Source: an uncultured Pseudomonadota bacterium (GTDB lineage: Bacteria > Oederibacteriota > Muellerivitia > Muellerivitales > Muellerivitaceae). From it: a stretch of DNA of 64,000 bases. Location: assembly GCA_963836235.1 (NCBI GenBank), contig CAWIIP010000002.1, positions 1,440,001-1,504,000 of the forward strand. Reading direction: 5' to 3'. Position numbers and translations under genes: made by a program. Shown here one piece after another: positions 30,155 to 39,983 of the stretch. Position 1 is the stretch's first letter. Each line of letters opens with the position of its first letter. The notes beneath the pieces were generated by a model. That model was not told the origin of the DNA. It ran no database searches and saw only the letters and a list, made by a program, of their open reading frames with translations.

Positions 30155-31360
30155 ATGCCAGCCAAAATGAACGCCCGTGGGCTCCAAGAACAACTGCTGA
30201 CCCTGAATAAAATTGGAATCGCCCTTTCCAAAGAACAAGACCTCAACCAGCTTTTGACCCTCATCCTCACCGAGAGCCGCCAATTCACCCATGCTGAAGC
30301 CGGAAGCCTTTACGTGCGCGAGGGCCAGCAACTGCGTTTCTCTGTTTCCCAGAACACCGTTCTGGAAGCCCGCAAAAAAGCGGAGCTGAAGGCCCTCAGG
30401 AAGCCTTTGGAAGTGGTGCCTTCCACCTTCACCGGTTTTTACGTCTCCCTCGATAAAAGCTCCCTGGCCGGTTATGTAGGCGTGACGGGGAAAGTCCTCA
30501 ACCTTCCCGATGCCTACAAGATCCCTTCTGGCAAGGAATACAAGTTCAACCGTTCCTTCGACGAGAAAAACAATTACCGCACCAAGAGCATGCTCATCGT
30601 CCCCATGAAAGACGCTTCGGGCAACGTGGTGGGAGTCATCCAACTCATTAACGCCCACAAGGGAAAAAATATCATTCCCTTCGACAAGCATTTCGAGAAC
30701 CTGGTCTCCTCCCTGGCCAGCCAGGCGGCCATCGCCATCAAGAACACCATGCTGACCCAGGAACTGAAGGAAGCCTATCTCGACACCATCTTCCGTCTGT
30801 CGATCGCGGCAGAATATAAGGATGACGATACCGCGGTTCATATCCACCGCATGAGCCGTTACTCGGCCATCCTGGCCGAGGGATTAGGACTCTCCGTGGC
30901 GGAGGTGGAAAGCATCCGCTACGCCTCACCCATGCATGACATCGGCAAGCTGGGCGTGCCCGATGCCATTCTCATGAAGCCCGGCAAACTCACTCCGGCG
31001 GAATTCAAGGAAATGCAAAACCACACGGTTTTCGGCGCCAAGATTTTGGAAAACGCCAAGGCGGAGCTTTTGAAGGTTTCCGAAGTCATCGCCCTGACCC
31101 ACCATGAGAAGTGGGATGGTTCCGGTTATCCTCGGGGCACAAAGGGGGAGGCCATTCCCCTGTCCGGCCGCATCGTGGCTTTGGCCGACGTGTTCGACGC
31201 ACTCACCACCAAACGCTGCTACAAACCGGCCTTCTCTTTGGAAGAATCCATGAAGATCATCAAGGAAGGCATGGGCCGCCACTTCGATCCCCAAGTGGTG
31301 CAGGCTTTTGACAACAACATCGAGAAAATCCTCGCCGTGAAAGCCCAATTCAGCGCCTAA
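30155..31360 (+). CDS. GAF + HD-GYP cyclic dinucleotide phosphodiesterase
   Basis: GAF (NRSFDEKNNYRTKSML..VIQLIN), MHDIGK, HHEKWDGSGYP, ADVFDAL. Confidence 0.92.
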   Translation: MPAKMNARGLQEQLLTLNKIGIALSKEQDLNQLLTLILTESRQFTHAEAGSLYVREGQQLRFSVSQNTVLEARKKAELKALRKPLEVVPSTFTGFYVSLDKSSLAGYVGVTGKVLNLPDAYKIPSGKEYKFNRSFDEKNNYRTKSMLIVPMKDASGNVVGVIQLINAHKGKNIIPFDKHFENLVSSLASQAAIAIKNTMLTQELKEAYLDTIFRLSIAAEYKDDDTAVHIHRMSRYSAILAEGLGLSVAEVESIRYASPMHDIGKLGVPDAILMKPGKLTPAEFKEMQNHTVFGAKILENAKAELLKVSEVIALTHHEKWDGSGYPRGTKGEAIPLSGRIVALADVFDALTTKRCYKPAFSLEESMKIIKEGMGRHFDPQVVQAFDNNIEKILAVKAQFSA

Positions 31361-31383
31361 CCCGGTTTTTGATCTTTTCTTTA

Positions 31384-31399
31384 TGTGACCTCCGTCATA
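31384..31399. promoter_or_regulatory. CRP/FNR-family-like site upstream of the SulP gene
   Basis: TGTGA-CCTCCG-TCATA, close to TGTGA-N6-TCACA. Confidence 0.45.
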
Positions 31400-31468
31400 T
31401 TTCCGGTATTTTTACCCGTTAAAGTGATGTGTTTTTAATATGAGTTTCAATACATAAGGGCGGATTCC

Positions 31469-33097
31469 ATGTTTGTTCCCAAATCAATCGTTTGCTTGCG
31501 CGACTATTCCTGGAAACAATTCCATTCCGATTTGGTGGCGGGAATCGTCGTCGGCCTGGTGGCCCTGCCCCTGGCAATGGCCTTTTCCATTGCCTGCGGG
31601 CTTCCACCGGAGCGCGGCCTCTATACCGCCGTAGTGGCGGGCTTTCTCATTTCGGCCTTGAGCGGAAGCCGGGTGGCCATTGGCGGACCTACCGGTGCCT
31701 TCATCGTGATCGTGGCGGGTATCGTCGCTAAATTCGGGTATGACGGCCTGGCCGTTGCTACGGGCATGGCAGGGTTAATCCTGATCGTGATGGGCCTCAC
31801 CCGCATGGGTACCCTAGTGAAATATATTCCCTATCCCGTCATCACGGGTTTTACTTCCGGCATAGCGGTGGTCATTTTCAGCACTCAAATCAAGGACTTT
31901 TTCGGCCTTCAAATGGCGGCTGTTCCGGCGGATTTCATCGATAAATGGGCCGTTTACTTGAAGGCACTTCCAAGCTTTAGTCCTTACGCCCTGGGAGTGG
32001 CCTCTTTCACCACCCTTTGTATTTTTTTCTGGCCCCGCCAGTGGAAGGTTCCGGGGTCCATCGTGGCTTTGACCGTCACCGCCGCCGCCGCGGCTTGGGG
32101 CCATTGGCCGGTAGAAACCATCGGCACCCGTTTTGGGGGCCTTCCCCAAGGCCTTCCCCATCCCCAATTCGTTCTCCAATCCTGGTCCCAAATGAAGCTT
32201 CTTCTTCCCTCGGCCTTCACTGTGGCCGCCTTGGGGGCCATCGAGTCGCTTCTTTGCGCGGTGGTGGCGGACGGAATGATTGGGGGAAGGCATAAGTCCA
32301 ACATGGAGCTGGTGGCCCAGGGTGTGGCCAACTGCATATCCCCAGTTTTTGGAGGCATCCCGGCGACGGGGGCTATCGCGCGCACCGCCACCAATGTGCG
32401 GAATGGCGGCCGCACTCCCGTGGCCGGAATGATTCACGCTATCGTGTTATTTATCATCCTCCTGTCGGCGGGCCCCTTGGCCGCCCGCGTGCCATTGGCG
32501 GCCCTGGCCGGAGTCCTGGTGGTGGTTTGTTACCACATGTCGGAATGGCATTCCTTTAAGTTTATCCTGACCGGCCCCTTGAGCGACGTGGCGGTACTTT
32601 TAACCACTTTTCTCCTGACGGTTTTCGTGGACCTGACCACGGCGGTGGGGGTGGGCATGGTCCTGGCGGCCTTTCTTTTTATGCGCAACGTGTCGGCCTT
32701 GAGCGAGGTTAAGCAACTCACCCACGAGAGGGAATCGGAAAGGAAGGCTAAGACCCCGGTTCCTCCTGGAGTGGAAGTTTATTCCATCAATGGCAGTTTC
32801 TTTTTCGGCGCCGTGGAAAAATTAATGGAAGTGGAACAATCGCTTTTTAAGGCTCCCCAAGCCCTCGTCTTGGACATGGCCGGTGTCTTTTACATGGACT
32901 CGACCGGCTTGAAAACGGTTCGGGATATCCGGCAGCGGTGCCAATCCCGGGGAACCCGGTTGATGCTGGCGGGGGTCCAGCCCCAGCCCCTTTCGGTGCT
33001 CCACAAAGCCAAGAAGGTGGACAAGATCGGCAAGGACAATTTCAAGCCGACCTTGGAAAAGGCCCTGGAACAATTAGCCGTCGATTCTAAAAGATAG
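31469..33097 (+). CDS. SulP-family anion permease with STAS domain
   Basis: DLVAGIVVGLVALPLAMAF, GGPTGAF, GAIARTATN, STAS (MDSTG). Confidence 0.93.
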   Translation: MFVPKSIVCLRDYSWKQFHSDLVAGIVVGLVALPLAMAFSIACGLPPERGLYTAVVAGFLISALSGSRVAIGGPTGAFIVIVAGIVAKFGYDGLAVATGMAGLILIVMGLTRMGTLVKYIPYPVITGFTSGIAVVIFSTQIKDFFGLQMAAVPADFIDKWAVYLKALPSFSPYALGVASFTTLCIFFWPRQWKVPGSIVALTVTAAAAAWGHWPVETIGTRFGGLPQGLPHPQFVLQSWSQMKLLLPSAFTVAALGAIESLLCAVVADGMIGGRHKSNMELVAQGVANCISPVFGGIPATGAIARTATNVRNGGRTPVAGMIHAIVLFIILLSAGPLAARVPLAALAGVLVVVCYHMSEWHSFKFILTGPLSDVAVLLTTFLLTVFVDLTTAVGVGMVLAAFLFMRNVSALSEVKQLTHERESERKAKTPVPPGVEVYSINGSFFFGAVEKLMEVEQSLFKAPQALVLDMAGVFYMDSTGLKTVRDIRQRCQSRGTRLMLAGVQPQPLSVLHKAKKVDKIGKDNFKPTLEKALEQLAVDSKR

Positions 33098-33106
33098 GAA
33101 AAAGTC

Positions 33107-33466
33107 ATGTATCCCCACGTCAACGCTGAAGCCTTCGCCAAAGAATGGGTCGAGGCTTGGAACAGCCGCCAATTAGACGCTATCCTTTCGCATTACGCCG
33201 ATAAGGTCCAATTCACCTCGCCCTTTATCGTGAAGCTGATGAACGAACCCTCGGGAACAATCACCGGCAAGGACAAGTTGCGGCCTTATTTTGAAAAGGG
33301 CTTGCAGGCCTATCCCGACCTTCATTTTGAGCTGATCGAGGTTTTGGAAGGAGTCGACAGTGTTATCCTCTATTACCTCAGCGTGAAAAACCTCATGGCG
33401 GCGGAAGTTATGTTTTTTGATGAGAAGGGAAAAATCAGCCGCGTGGTTGCCCACTACAATAGTTGA
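33107..33466 (+). CDS. SnoaL/NTF2-like protein
   Basis: FAKEWVEAWNS..LDAILSHYA..FTSP, PDLHFEL. Confidence 0.85.
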   Translation: MYPHVNAEAFAKEWVEAWNSRQLDAILSHYADKVQFTSPFIVKLMNEPSGTITGKDKLRPYFEKGLQAYPDLHFELIEVLEGVDSVILYYLSVKNLMAAEVMFFDEKGKISRVVAHYNS

Positions 33467-33625
33467 ATCATTCCAAACCACTTATTTTCTGGGGATTTTC
33501 CTAAAGTGGAGGAGCGGCTTTCCCATCGAGATTTCACCTTAAAAAGTCCAGGCCCCTTTTATCCCAGCCCAAAACAGGTATGATCTTCGGGCCATACCGC
33601 TAATCAGAACCCAAGAGAGGGAAGC

Positions 33626-34159
33626 ATGATCGAGGAAAATCCGATACCGATGGAAGAAACCAAGGCGGAAGAACCGAAACCCTCCCGCTTATCGCCGGCG
33701 GCCCAGAATAAAATCCTTGCCGCCACCGTCGTTCTCCTCTTAATGGGAGCTTCCTTTGTGGCGGGGCGTTTTTCCGTCCAAAACAAACCTTCGGTTCCCG
33801 ATACCTTCACCCAAATCCCCACGCCTCAACCTTCCATGCCTCAGGCCGTGGTTCCGGAATCCGCCTTACCGATGATCGATTTCACGAGCGTCTCGGAAAC
33901 CAAGAAAGCCGAAGTCTTGTCGGCTTTTAATACAGAGCTTTGCCGGTGTAATTGCAAAATGTCGGTTGCCGCCTGCATCGTGAGGGATCCTAATTGCCCC
34001 TATTGGAAGGAACACGTGACCGAGTTACAGAAGGCCCTGGGCAACGGCAAGAAACCCAACTTATCTAAGGCGCCCAAAAGAACCATGTCGATGCAACAGC
34101 TTTCGATACCGCCCGGAAGCCCGAGTGGATTTACCTTCCCCCAAGGAACGGGTAAGTAA
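33626..34159 (+). CDS. Single-TM protein with a Cys cluster (CRCNC...C...DPNC)
   Basis: One hydrophobic segment followed by a four-Cys motif; RBS GAGGGA. Confidence 0.65.
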   Translation: MIEENPIPMEETKAEEPKPSRLSPAAQNKILAATVVLLLMGASFVAGRFSVQNKPSVPDTFTQIPTPQPSMPQAVVPESALPMIDFTSVSETKKAEVLSAFNTELCRCNCKMSVAACIVRDPNCPYWKEHVTELQKALGNGKKPNLSKAPKRTMSMQQLSIPPGSPSGFTFPQGTGK

Positions 34160-34310
34160 CCCCCTTTTTTATCCCACTTAAATCAGGTTTTCTCCCCCTT
34201 CCCTAAAACCTGGGATTGGACTAAGCTTTTACTGTCTAAAAGTAGTCGAATATGCCGCTTCTCTTATTTTCATGGATGCTAATGAGGTTGATGTGGTTGA
34301 GAGGGACAAT

Positions 34311-35546
34311 ATGAATCGGAAATTTTTTTATGGGGCGGCCGCTTCTTGGTTGCTATTGGCCGGGATGGTATTAACGGGTTGTCCAAGTAAATTAACCATT
34401 CCTACCGCGCCTCCTCCTCCCCCGACAGCGACTTCCACCCTCGTCTCGACGAACAGCCCTTCCTTGACGCCCACAGGAACCCCGCCACCCGCCACCCACA
34501 CGCCTTCTTCGACCTGCAGTTTCACCCCGACGAATACCATTTCCCCCCCAACACCCACCTCGACCGCCACCAACACGGCCACGAATAGCCCGATCATCAC
34601 TTCGACGAATTCCCCGACCAACAGCGCCACTTCCACGAATACATTTACGGCCACCTTCACCCCGACGGCCACGCCCTCATTCACGATCACCAACACCCCA
34701 ACCGCCACCCCGACTCCCACCGGTCCTACCTCAACCCCGACCAGCACTTTCACTCCTCCCGCTTTCGACTTTTCTTCCGGCGTGACCAATTTGACGACGG
34801 GCCTTTATACTTTTAGCTGCGTCCATATTGGGGCCGGGGGTGTGGTGTCCATTTACGGCGCCGTCACCATTATGACGACCTGCTTTACCCTGGACGCCGG
34901 GGCGACTATTTCGGGAACGGGGAATGGGTACTTAGGAAATACCGGCGGGGGGCCGGGTGTCGGTTGGGGCGGCGCGGTGACTTGCGCCTGTGTTCCGCCT
35001 CTGTTGGGTTTTGGCGGGGGCGGGGGCCATGGTGGGGCGGGAGCGACTTTTTGCGATGGCGCTTCCTGCGCTCCCGGGGGAACCACCAACGACAATCCCG
35101 CGAATCCCACTTTAATGGGAAGCGCCGGGGGAAATGTCCAAGGTCTTTTAATCGGTTCCGGCTCAGGTGGAGCGCTGCTGAAAATCATTGTTTATGACCC
35201 TGTCGCAAACGCGGTGGCCCCGGCGACCGTGAATGGGACCATCGACATGACCGGGGGCGCGGGCGGGAGCGACTATACGGATGACGAATATAGCGGCGGG
35301 GGCGCGGGGGGAGCGGTCTACCTTGAGGCCAGCACCCTTTCCGGAACCGGGCTCGTGCAGGCCAACGGCGGGGCGGCGAATTATTCGGGCGGCGGCGGGG
35401 GGGGCCTAATCTCTTTCCTTGAAAATTTAACCTCCTTTCCGGGAACAACTTCCGTGGTGGGCGGCATTTCGGCCAGCAGTTCTTCCGACGACGGCGCTCC
35501 CGGAACGGTGACCTTCACCACGGCGCCGGTGAGCGGCTACCTTTAA
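34311..35546 (+). CDS. Lipoprotein with Thr/Pro stalk and Gly-rich C-terminal domain
   Basis: Lipobox LTGC; TPT repeats; GGGGGHGG.G and GGGAGG motifs. Confidence 0.8.
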   Translation: MNRKFFYGAAASWLLLAGMVLTGCPSKLTIPTAPPPPPTATSTLVSTNSPSLTPTGTPPPATHTPSSTCSFTPTNTISPPTPTSTATNTATNSPIITSTNSPTNSATSTNTFTATFTPTATPSFTITNTPTATPTPTGPTSTPTSTFTPPAFDFSSGVTNLTTGLYTFSCVHIGAGGVVSIYGAVTIMTTCFTLDAGATISGTGNGYLGNTGGGPGVGWGGAVTCACVPPLLGFGGGGGHGGAGATFCDGASCAPGGTTNDNPANPTLMGSAGGNVQGLLIGSGSGGALLKIIVYDPVANAVAPATVNGTIDMTGGAGGSDYTDDEYSGGGAGGAVYLEASTLSGTGLVQANGGAANYSGGGGGGLISFLENLTSFPGTTSVVGGISASSSSDDGAPGTVTFTTAPVSGYL

Positions 35547-35630
35547 ATTTCCAATAAACTTTTACAATCGCCTTGAAAAGGGTGTGAAACGCGGCCGGAA
35601 AAGCAAATTGCGCCCTCCGGCGGGGGTAGA

Positions 35631-35658
35631 ATATTGCGCCCAGGGCCCGTCACGGACA
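35631..35658 (+). repeat. Degenerate left boundary site (right arm conserved)
   Basis: ATATTGCGCCCAG-GG-CCCGTCACGGACA; right arm 11/13 identical to CCCGTCGTGGACA. Confidence 0.55.
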
Positions 35659-35692
35659 ATGTCCTGGTGAGAAACTTGAATAGGAGTCGCTG

Positions 35693-36121
35693 ATGAATTC
35701 ACAATGGGCTTTTGTTTTATTGACCACCCTCTCTTTTGGTTTTTTTAATATTTTCATCCGGGCGGCGGGGCCGAAGATCGGCGGTATTTTAGGGCCCTTG
35801 TTCGTGGAGGGGTTCGCGGCGGCGGTTCTCCTGCTGTTTTTCCTTTGGCGGAAATGGAACGGGTCGGTGGAGCCGGTGACTTCCCTGGGAGCGGCCTATT
35901 CCATGGCCGCCGGCTTTTGCGCCGCCGCCGGTTCGATCGGGTTCTTCGTCGTCTTTTCCAAGGGAGGGATGCTTTCAGCGGCCGGTTCCTTTGTCTTGAT
36001 CGGAAGCACGATGCTGACCATCTTGGGCGGCTTTGTCCTTTTTAAGGAACCGGTCAACGCCTACCGTGCCGTGGGAATCCTATTGGGGCTTGTCAGCCTT
36101 TACCTATTGCGCATGGATTAA
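35693..36121 (+). CDS. EamA/DMT-family small transporter (cassette 1)
   Basis: About five hydrophobic segments, C-terminal LFKEPV...GILLG. Confidence 0.8.
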   Translation: MNSQWAFVLLTTLSFGFFNIFIRAAGPKIGGILGPLFVEGFAAAVLLLFFLWRKWNGSVEPVTSLGAAYSMAAGFCAAAGSIGFFVVFSKGGMLSAAGSFVLIGSTMLTILGGFVLFKEPVNAYRAVGILLGLVSLYLLRMD

Positions 36122-36169
36122 AAAAGTCGGTGGATTCTTTGTTAGGACCAACGAAGCGTTCTGTAAAGT

Positions 36170-36197
36170 TGTCCACGACGGGGACCCTTCGTGGACA
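36170..36197 (+). repeat. 28-bp cassette site 1
   Basis: TGTCCACGACGGG-GA-CCCTTCGTGGACA. Confidence 0.9.
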
Positions 36198-36230
36198 GGT
36201 AAATTTAATGCGGGACTAAAGGAGAAACAA

Positions 36231-36536
36231 ATGCTGGAATTGAGGCCCACTTGCGAGAATTGCAATAAACCTTTGCCGCCTGAATCCCTAGAAGCGAGGA
36301 TTTGTACCTACGAGTGCACATTTTGCTCGGCTTGCGTGGAGCTTCTTGAAAATGTATGCCCCAGTTGCGGCGGTGGATTCTGTCCCAGGCCCATCCGGCC
36401 AAAAACCAATTGGAAGGGCGATAATTATCTGGGGAAAGACCCGGCGAGTACTAAGATCAAGCACCGCCCCGTTGATTTAAAAGAACATGCCCAGTTTTCT
36501 CTTCCGATTAAGAATCTGCCGCCTGAAAAAAGATAA
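36231..36536 (+). CDS. DUF1272 family Cys-rich protein (cassette 2)
   Basis: MLELRPTCENC...ARICTYECTFC..C...CPSCGG...RP.RP; RBS AAGGAG. Confidence 0.88.
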   Translation: MLELRPTCENCNKPLPPESLEARICTYECTFCSACVELLENVCPSCGGGFCPRPIRPKTNWKGDNYLGKDPASTKIKHRPVDLKEHAQFSLPIKNLPPEKR

Positions 36537-36543
36537 TGGGCGT

Positions 36544-36562
36544 TGTCCACGATGGGGACCCA
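36544..36562 (+). repeat. 28-bp cassette site 2, left part (interrupted by the intron; remainder at 38493-38501)
   Basis: TGTCCACGATGGG-GA-CCCA | intron | TCGTGGACA rejoins to a perfect 13-bp inverted repeat. Confidence 0.9.
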
Positions 36563-38492
36563 GCGCGCCAAGAAAGCTGTTGTTCATCCAGTCGGCTGAA
36601 ATGTGCCGACCCAGACAAAATTTGGCAGTCTGGTAGCAGGGAGCCGAATCGGGCAGGGTAACCTGCCAGGTTCAAGCGGCTCGACAAAGGGCGGCAAAGC
36701 GCCCGATGCGAAAGGACGGGTCGTAACACGTGTGAACCTAGGTGTAACCTCGTAACGTCGAGATTGAGGAGGGTGACCCTTTTGGGTCTTGGGGAAACCA
36801 GTATTCCATGCGGGAGCCAGAAATACGCATGGGACTGCTTCGGGGTAACAGGGGCGACACGTCCAGACGGAGAACAACGGAACTTGGGAGACCCATAGGG
36901 AAGCACAAGGTACCTGCCTATAAGTCTAAGCGGCGAAATGGCAGGGAGAGCCTATGGGAGTCAGACAAGCCTACAGTAGCTATGAGGGCTAGGACTAAAC
37001 CTAGTCAGAGCAAAGGGGCTTGACCTGGGTAGAGCTTGGCCAGGAGAGAGGGACAAGGGATTGGCGATGAGCCTAGTAACCCTACAAAAAGTTCAGGATC
37101 TTCAGCACAAGCTAGCTGGGAGGAGTAAGTCAAAGCCGAAAGAACGTTTCTACAGTCTCTACGACAAGGTGTGCCGGAAAGAGGTTCTGTGGGAAGCATG
37201 GCAGAAGGTGAAGGGCAATGGAGGTTCCGGAGGAGTGGACGGGGTAACGGTGGAAGGTATAAAGGCCACCGGAGAGAAGGAATACCTGCGGGCACTCTGG
37301 ACGGAGCTGAAGGAAAAGGAATATAAGCCATTGCCGCTCAGGCGGGTTTGGATACTAAAGGCCAACGGGAAGAAAAGGCCCTTGGGGATACCGACGGTGA
37401 AAGACCGGATTGTACAGCAAGCGGTACGATTCGTTATGGAGCCGATCTTCGAGGCGCACTTCTCGGAAGTGTCCTTTGGATTCAGGCCAGGCCGGGACTG
37501 CCATCAGGCCATCACCAGAGTGGTGACATACCTAAATTGGGGTATGGTGAACGTGGTTGAGACGGACATTGTGGACTGCTTCGGAAGTATCCCACATGGA
37601 AGGCTGTTGAAAGCGGTGGCTCGCAGGATAGCCGACAAAGGTATCCTGAGGGTGATCCGGCAATGGCTGAAATGCGGGGTGATGGAAGAAGGGCAGTTCC
37701 AAGAAACGACCACGGGAACGCCTCAAGGAGGGGTGATTTCGCCGCTTCTGGCGAATATTTACCTGGATGCGCTGGATCAACTTTGGAAGAAGCGGAAGAT
37801 GGATTCCAAAAGCGGATACAACGCCCAAATGGTCAGATACGCCGATGACATGGTAATTCTCACGGATCGGAGCCCCCGGGAGGCGGAAAGGCTGCTGAGG
37901 GAAACCTTGGGCAGACTGGATTTGAAGCCTCACCCGGAAAAGACGCGGGTGGTGAACGCAAAGGCAGGGGATTTTAACTTTCTGGGGTTCAATTTCCGAC
38001 AGCGGAAGAATCCCCGAACAGGGAGAAGCCAATGCCTGTTTCAACCCTCGCAGAAGGCCCAAAAGAATGTGCGGGAGAAAATCAGACTGGCTACAGCAAG
38101 CCCGGAGTTAAATGAACTGGGTAAGGTGGTCAGAGAGAAAGTTAATCCCATTCTGAGAGGGTGGGTGAATTACTTTCGGATCGGAAACTCCAGCAAAACT
38201 TTTAATAATCTCCGGAACTTTGCAAAGAAGAGAGTCCTGCGATTTATTCGCAGGAGGAAGAAACAAAGCGGGCCAGGTTGGGACAGGATCAGCGAGGATT
38301 TCCTTTATGGGAAGCTGGGCCTGTTTAAGGAATACCGGGTGAAACGGTTTTCTCAACCCGCTGTGGCTTAGACGAAGGGCCTCCGGTGAATACCCTTGGA
38401 AAGCCGTATGCGGGAAAACCGCACGTACGGTTTGATGAGGAGGCGTTGGAAACGTGCCGGTTATCCGGTGACGCGCCAGTGCTTTACTCTAT
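36563..38492 (+). mobile_element. Group II intron (IIB-like, full-length domain V)
   Basis: 5' GCGCG, domain V AGCCGTATGCGGGAAAACCGCACGTACGGTT at ~38402, domain VI ending ACTCTAT; removal restores the flanking repeat exactly. Confidence 0.92.
37067..38371 (+). CDS. ltrA: Group II intron reverse transcriptase/maturase without endonuclease domain
   Basis: RPLGIPTVKDRIVQ, GFRPGR, GTPQGGVISPLLANIYL, RYADD, FLGF, X domain NPILRGWVNYF. Confidence 0.95.
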   Translation: MSLVTLQKVQDLQHKLAGRSKSKPKERFYSLYDKVCRKEVLWEAWQKVKGNGGSGGVDGVTVEGIKATGEKEYLRALWTELKEKEYKPLPLRRVWILKANGKKRPLGIPTVKDRIVQQAVRFVMEPIFEAHFSEVSFGFRPGRDCHQAITRVVTYLNWGMVNVVETDIVDCFGSIPHGRLLKAVARRIADKGILRVIRQWLKCGVMEEGQFQETTTGTPQGGVISPLLANIYLDALDQLWKKRKMDSKSGYNAQMVRYADDMVILTDRSPREAERLLRETLGRLDLKPHPEKTRVVNAKAGDFNFLGFNFRQRKNPRTGRSQCLFQPSQKAQKNVREKIRLATASPELNELGKVVREKVNPILRGWVNYFRIGNSSKTFNNLRNFAKKRVLRFIRRRKKQSGPGWDRISEDFLYGKLGLFKEYRVKRFSQPAVA

Positions 38493-38501
38493 TCGTGGAC
38501 A
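38493..38501 (+). repeat. 28-bp cassette site 2, right part (3' exon)
   Basis: TCGTGGACA directly after the intron 3' end. Confidence 0.85.
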
Positions 38502-38524
38502 CTTAATTGACGGAAAGGGCATTT

Positions 38525-39148
38525 ATGCATGACCGGGAACTAAGAATAAAAATGGTAAGTTTTGTCAAAGAATCGCCAAGCGCGACCCTTTTGCTTTGTT
38601 TTATGGCCGGCATTGTCATCACGCGAACGCTTACTACTTTTGGTTTTGGCTTTAATTATTTCTTTGCGTTTTTATTGCTTTCCGGCTCATTCTTGATTTT
38701 TAGGGTATTGAATTTAAACAGAACGGCTGTCCTTTTAAGCCCCGATTCCATCCAATTTTTCGAATCGATTCCCGTGCAAAGTTTTATCCTGGCTACGAAA
38801 AAAGTGAATGCTAAATGGGAGGATGTGACAAAAGTTCAAACCTATGAAACGTTGATGCAAAAATGGGAATATCGGCAACCTAAAAGTCCCGCTTTTGGGG
38901 GGGCGGTATGGGGTTCGGAGATTCAGTTGAATGATTTGTTTATATTAAAAACTAAACTTTACGTGAGGATTGCGGACAGTTTGAAAGAAAAAAGTTTTAC
39001 GATTTCTATGACTAATGAAAAATATCCCGAATACCTGATTTATTTAAAAAACAAACTGGATCCTTCGAAAATGGATTCGAAAACGATTGAGCTGCAAAAT
39101 CCAAAAATATTGATGGACGAGATGATGAAACGAAAAGTTTTTATTTAA
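38525..39148 (+). CDS. AT-rich hypothetical two-TM protein (cassette 3)
   Basis: Two hydrophobic segments then a soluble domain; stop 7 nt before site 3. Confidence 0.7.
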   Translation: MHDRELRIKMVSFVKESPSATLLLCFMAGIVITRTLTTFGFGFNYFFAFLLLSGSFLIFRVLNLNRTAVLLSPDSIQFFESIPVQSFILATKKVNAKWEDVTKVQTYETLMQKWEYRQPKSPAFGGAVWGSEIQLNDLFILKTKLYVRIADSLKEKSFTISMTNEKYPEYLIYLKNKLDPSKMDSKTIELQNPKILMDEMMKRKVFI

Positions 39149-39155
39149 GCAATAT

Positions 39156-39183
39156 TGTCCACGGCGGGGACCCATCGTGGACA
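39156..39183 (+). repeat. 28-bp cassette site 3
   Basis: TGTCCACGGCGGG-GA-CCCATCGTGGACA. Confidence 0.9.
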
Positions 39184-39234
39184 CCTAAGAAAGCAATAAT
39201 CAGTACTTGCCACGGAGAAACTTTGGGCATAAAA

Positions 39235-39252
39235 TGTACATCATCATGTACA
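39235..39252. promoter_or_regulatory. Phd/YefM-type TA operator
   Basis: Two TGTACA palindromes 12 bp apart just upstream of the antitoxin RBS. Confidence 0.7.
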
Positions 39253-39265
39253 TAAGGAGTTGCTC

Positions 39266-39547
39266 GTGACACCAACTAGCTTTACCATTGCACAGGCCCG
39301 AATCCATTTTCCCGGGCTCATCCACGATGCGGAAAAAGGGAAGCCGGTGGAGATAACCCGGCGAGGGAAACCGGTTGCCGTCTTGGTATCGGTGGATGCC
39401 TACCGGCATTTGACCGCACCCCGTCCCGGGTTTTGGGAGGTTGTTTCGGCCTTCCACGGCCGTATCAAAGCGAGTAAGGCCGGTTTGGAACCTAAAGATC
39501 TCCGGGGAATCCGCGAAACCGGACCCGGAAGAGAATTTAAGTGGTGA
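39266..39547 (+). CDS. Phd/YefM-family antitoxin (cassette 4)
   Basis: IAQARIHFPGLI..AEKGKPVEITRRGKPVAVLVS; GTG after AAGGAG. Confidence 0.9.
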   Translation: MTPTSFTIAQARIHFPGLIHDAEKGKPVEITRRGKPVAVLVSVDAYRHLTAPRPGFWEVVSAFHGRIKASKAGLEPKDLRGIRETGPGREFKW

Positions 39548-39975
39548 AGCCCCGGTACTTGTTAGACACCAATGTCGTTTCGGAAGCAGCCCGTGTAAAA
39601 CCAAATCCCAATGTGATGAGAAAACTTGAGCGGCACAAAGACGAAATGGGAATCGCAAGTATTGTTTGGCATGAACTCGTCTTCGGCTGCGACCGCTTGC
39701 CACCCTCCGAAAAACGGACCCTTTTAGAGGAATTCCTTTCGGAATTAGCAAACTCCTCCATGTTAATTTTTCCTTATGACACGGAAGCGGCTGCTTGGCA
39801 CGGCCGGGAGCGTGCCCGTTTATCCAGACTGGGACTTACACCGGCATTCGCGGATGGGCAGATTGCTTCCATCGCGAAAGTCCATGATTTGATCCTGGTC
39901 ACCAACAACATCCGGAATTACCGTCATTTCGATCAACTGAAGATGGAGAATTGGCACGGCATGGCTAAAAATTGA
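39544..39975 (+). CDS. vapC: VapC PIN-domain toxin (cassette 4)
   Basis: YLLDTNVVSE, EL.FG, DGQIASIA, LVTNN..Y.HF. Confidence 0.92.
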   Translation: MKPRYLLDTNVVSEAARVKPNPNVMRKLERHKDEMGIASIVWHELVFGCDRLPPSEKRTLLEEFLSELANSSMLIFPYDTEAAAWHGRERARLSRLGLTPAFADGQIASIAKVHDLILVTNNIRNYRHFDQLKMENWHGMAKN

Positions 39976-39983
39976 AAAATGCT

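Noticed and set aside
37067-38371. RT as DGR, retron or group IIC intron protein
   Set aside because: Maturase X domain plus flanking domains V/VI show a group II intron; full-length domain V with AGC triad argues against IIC.
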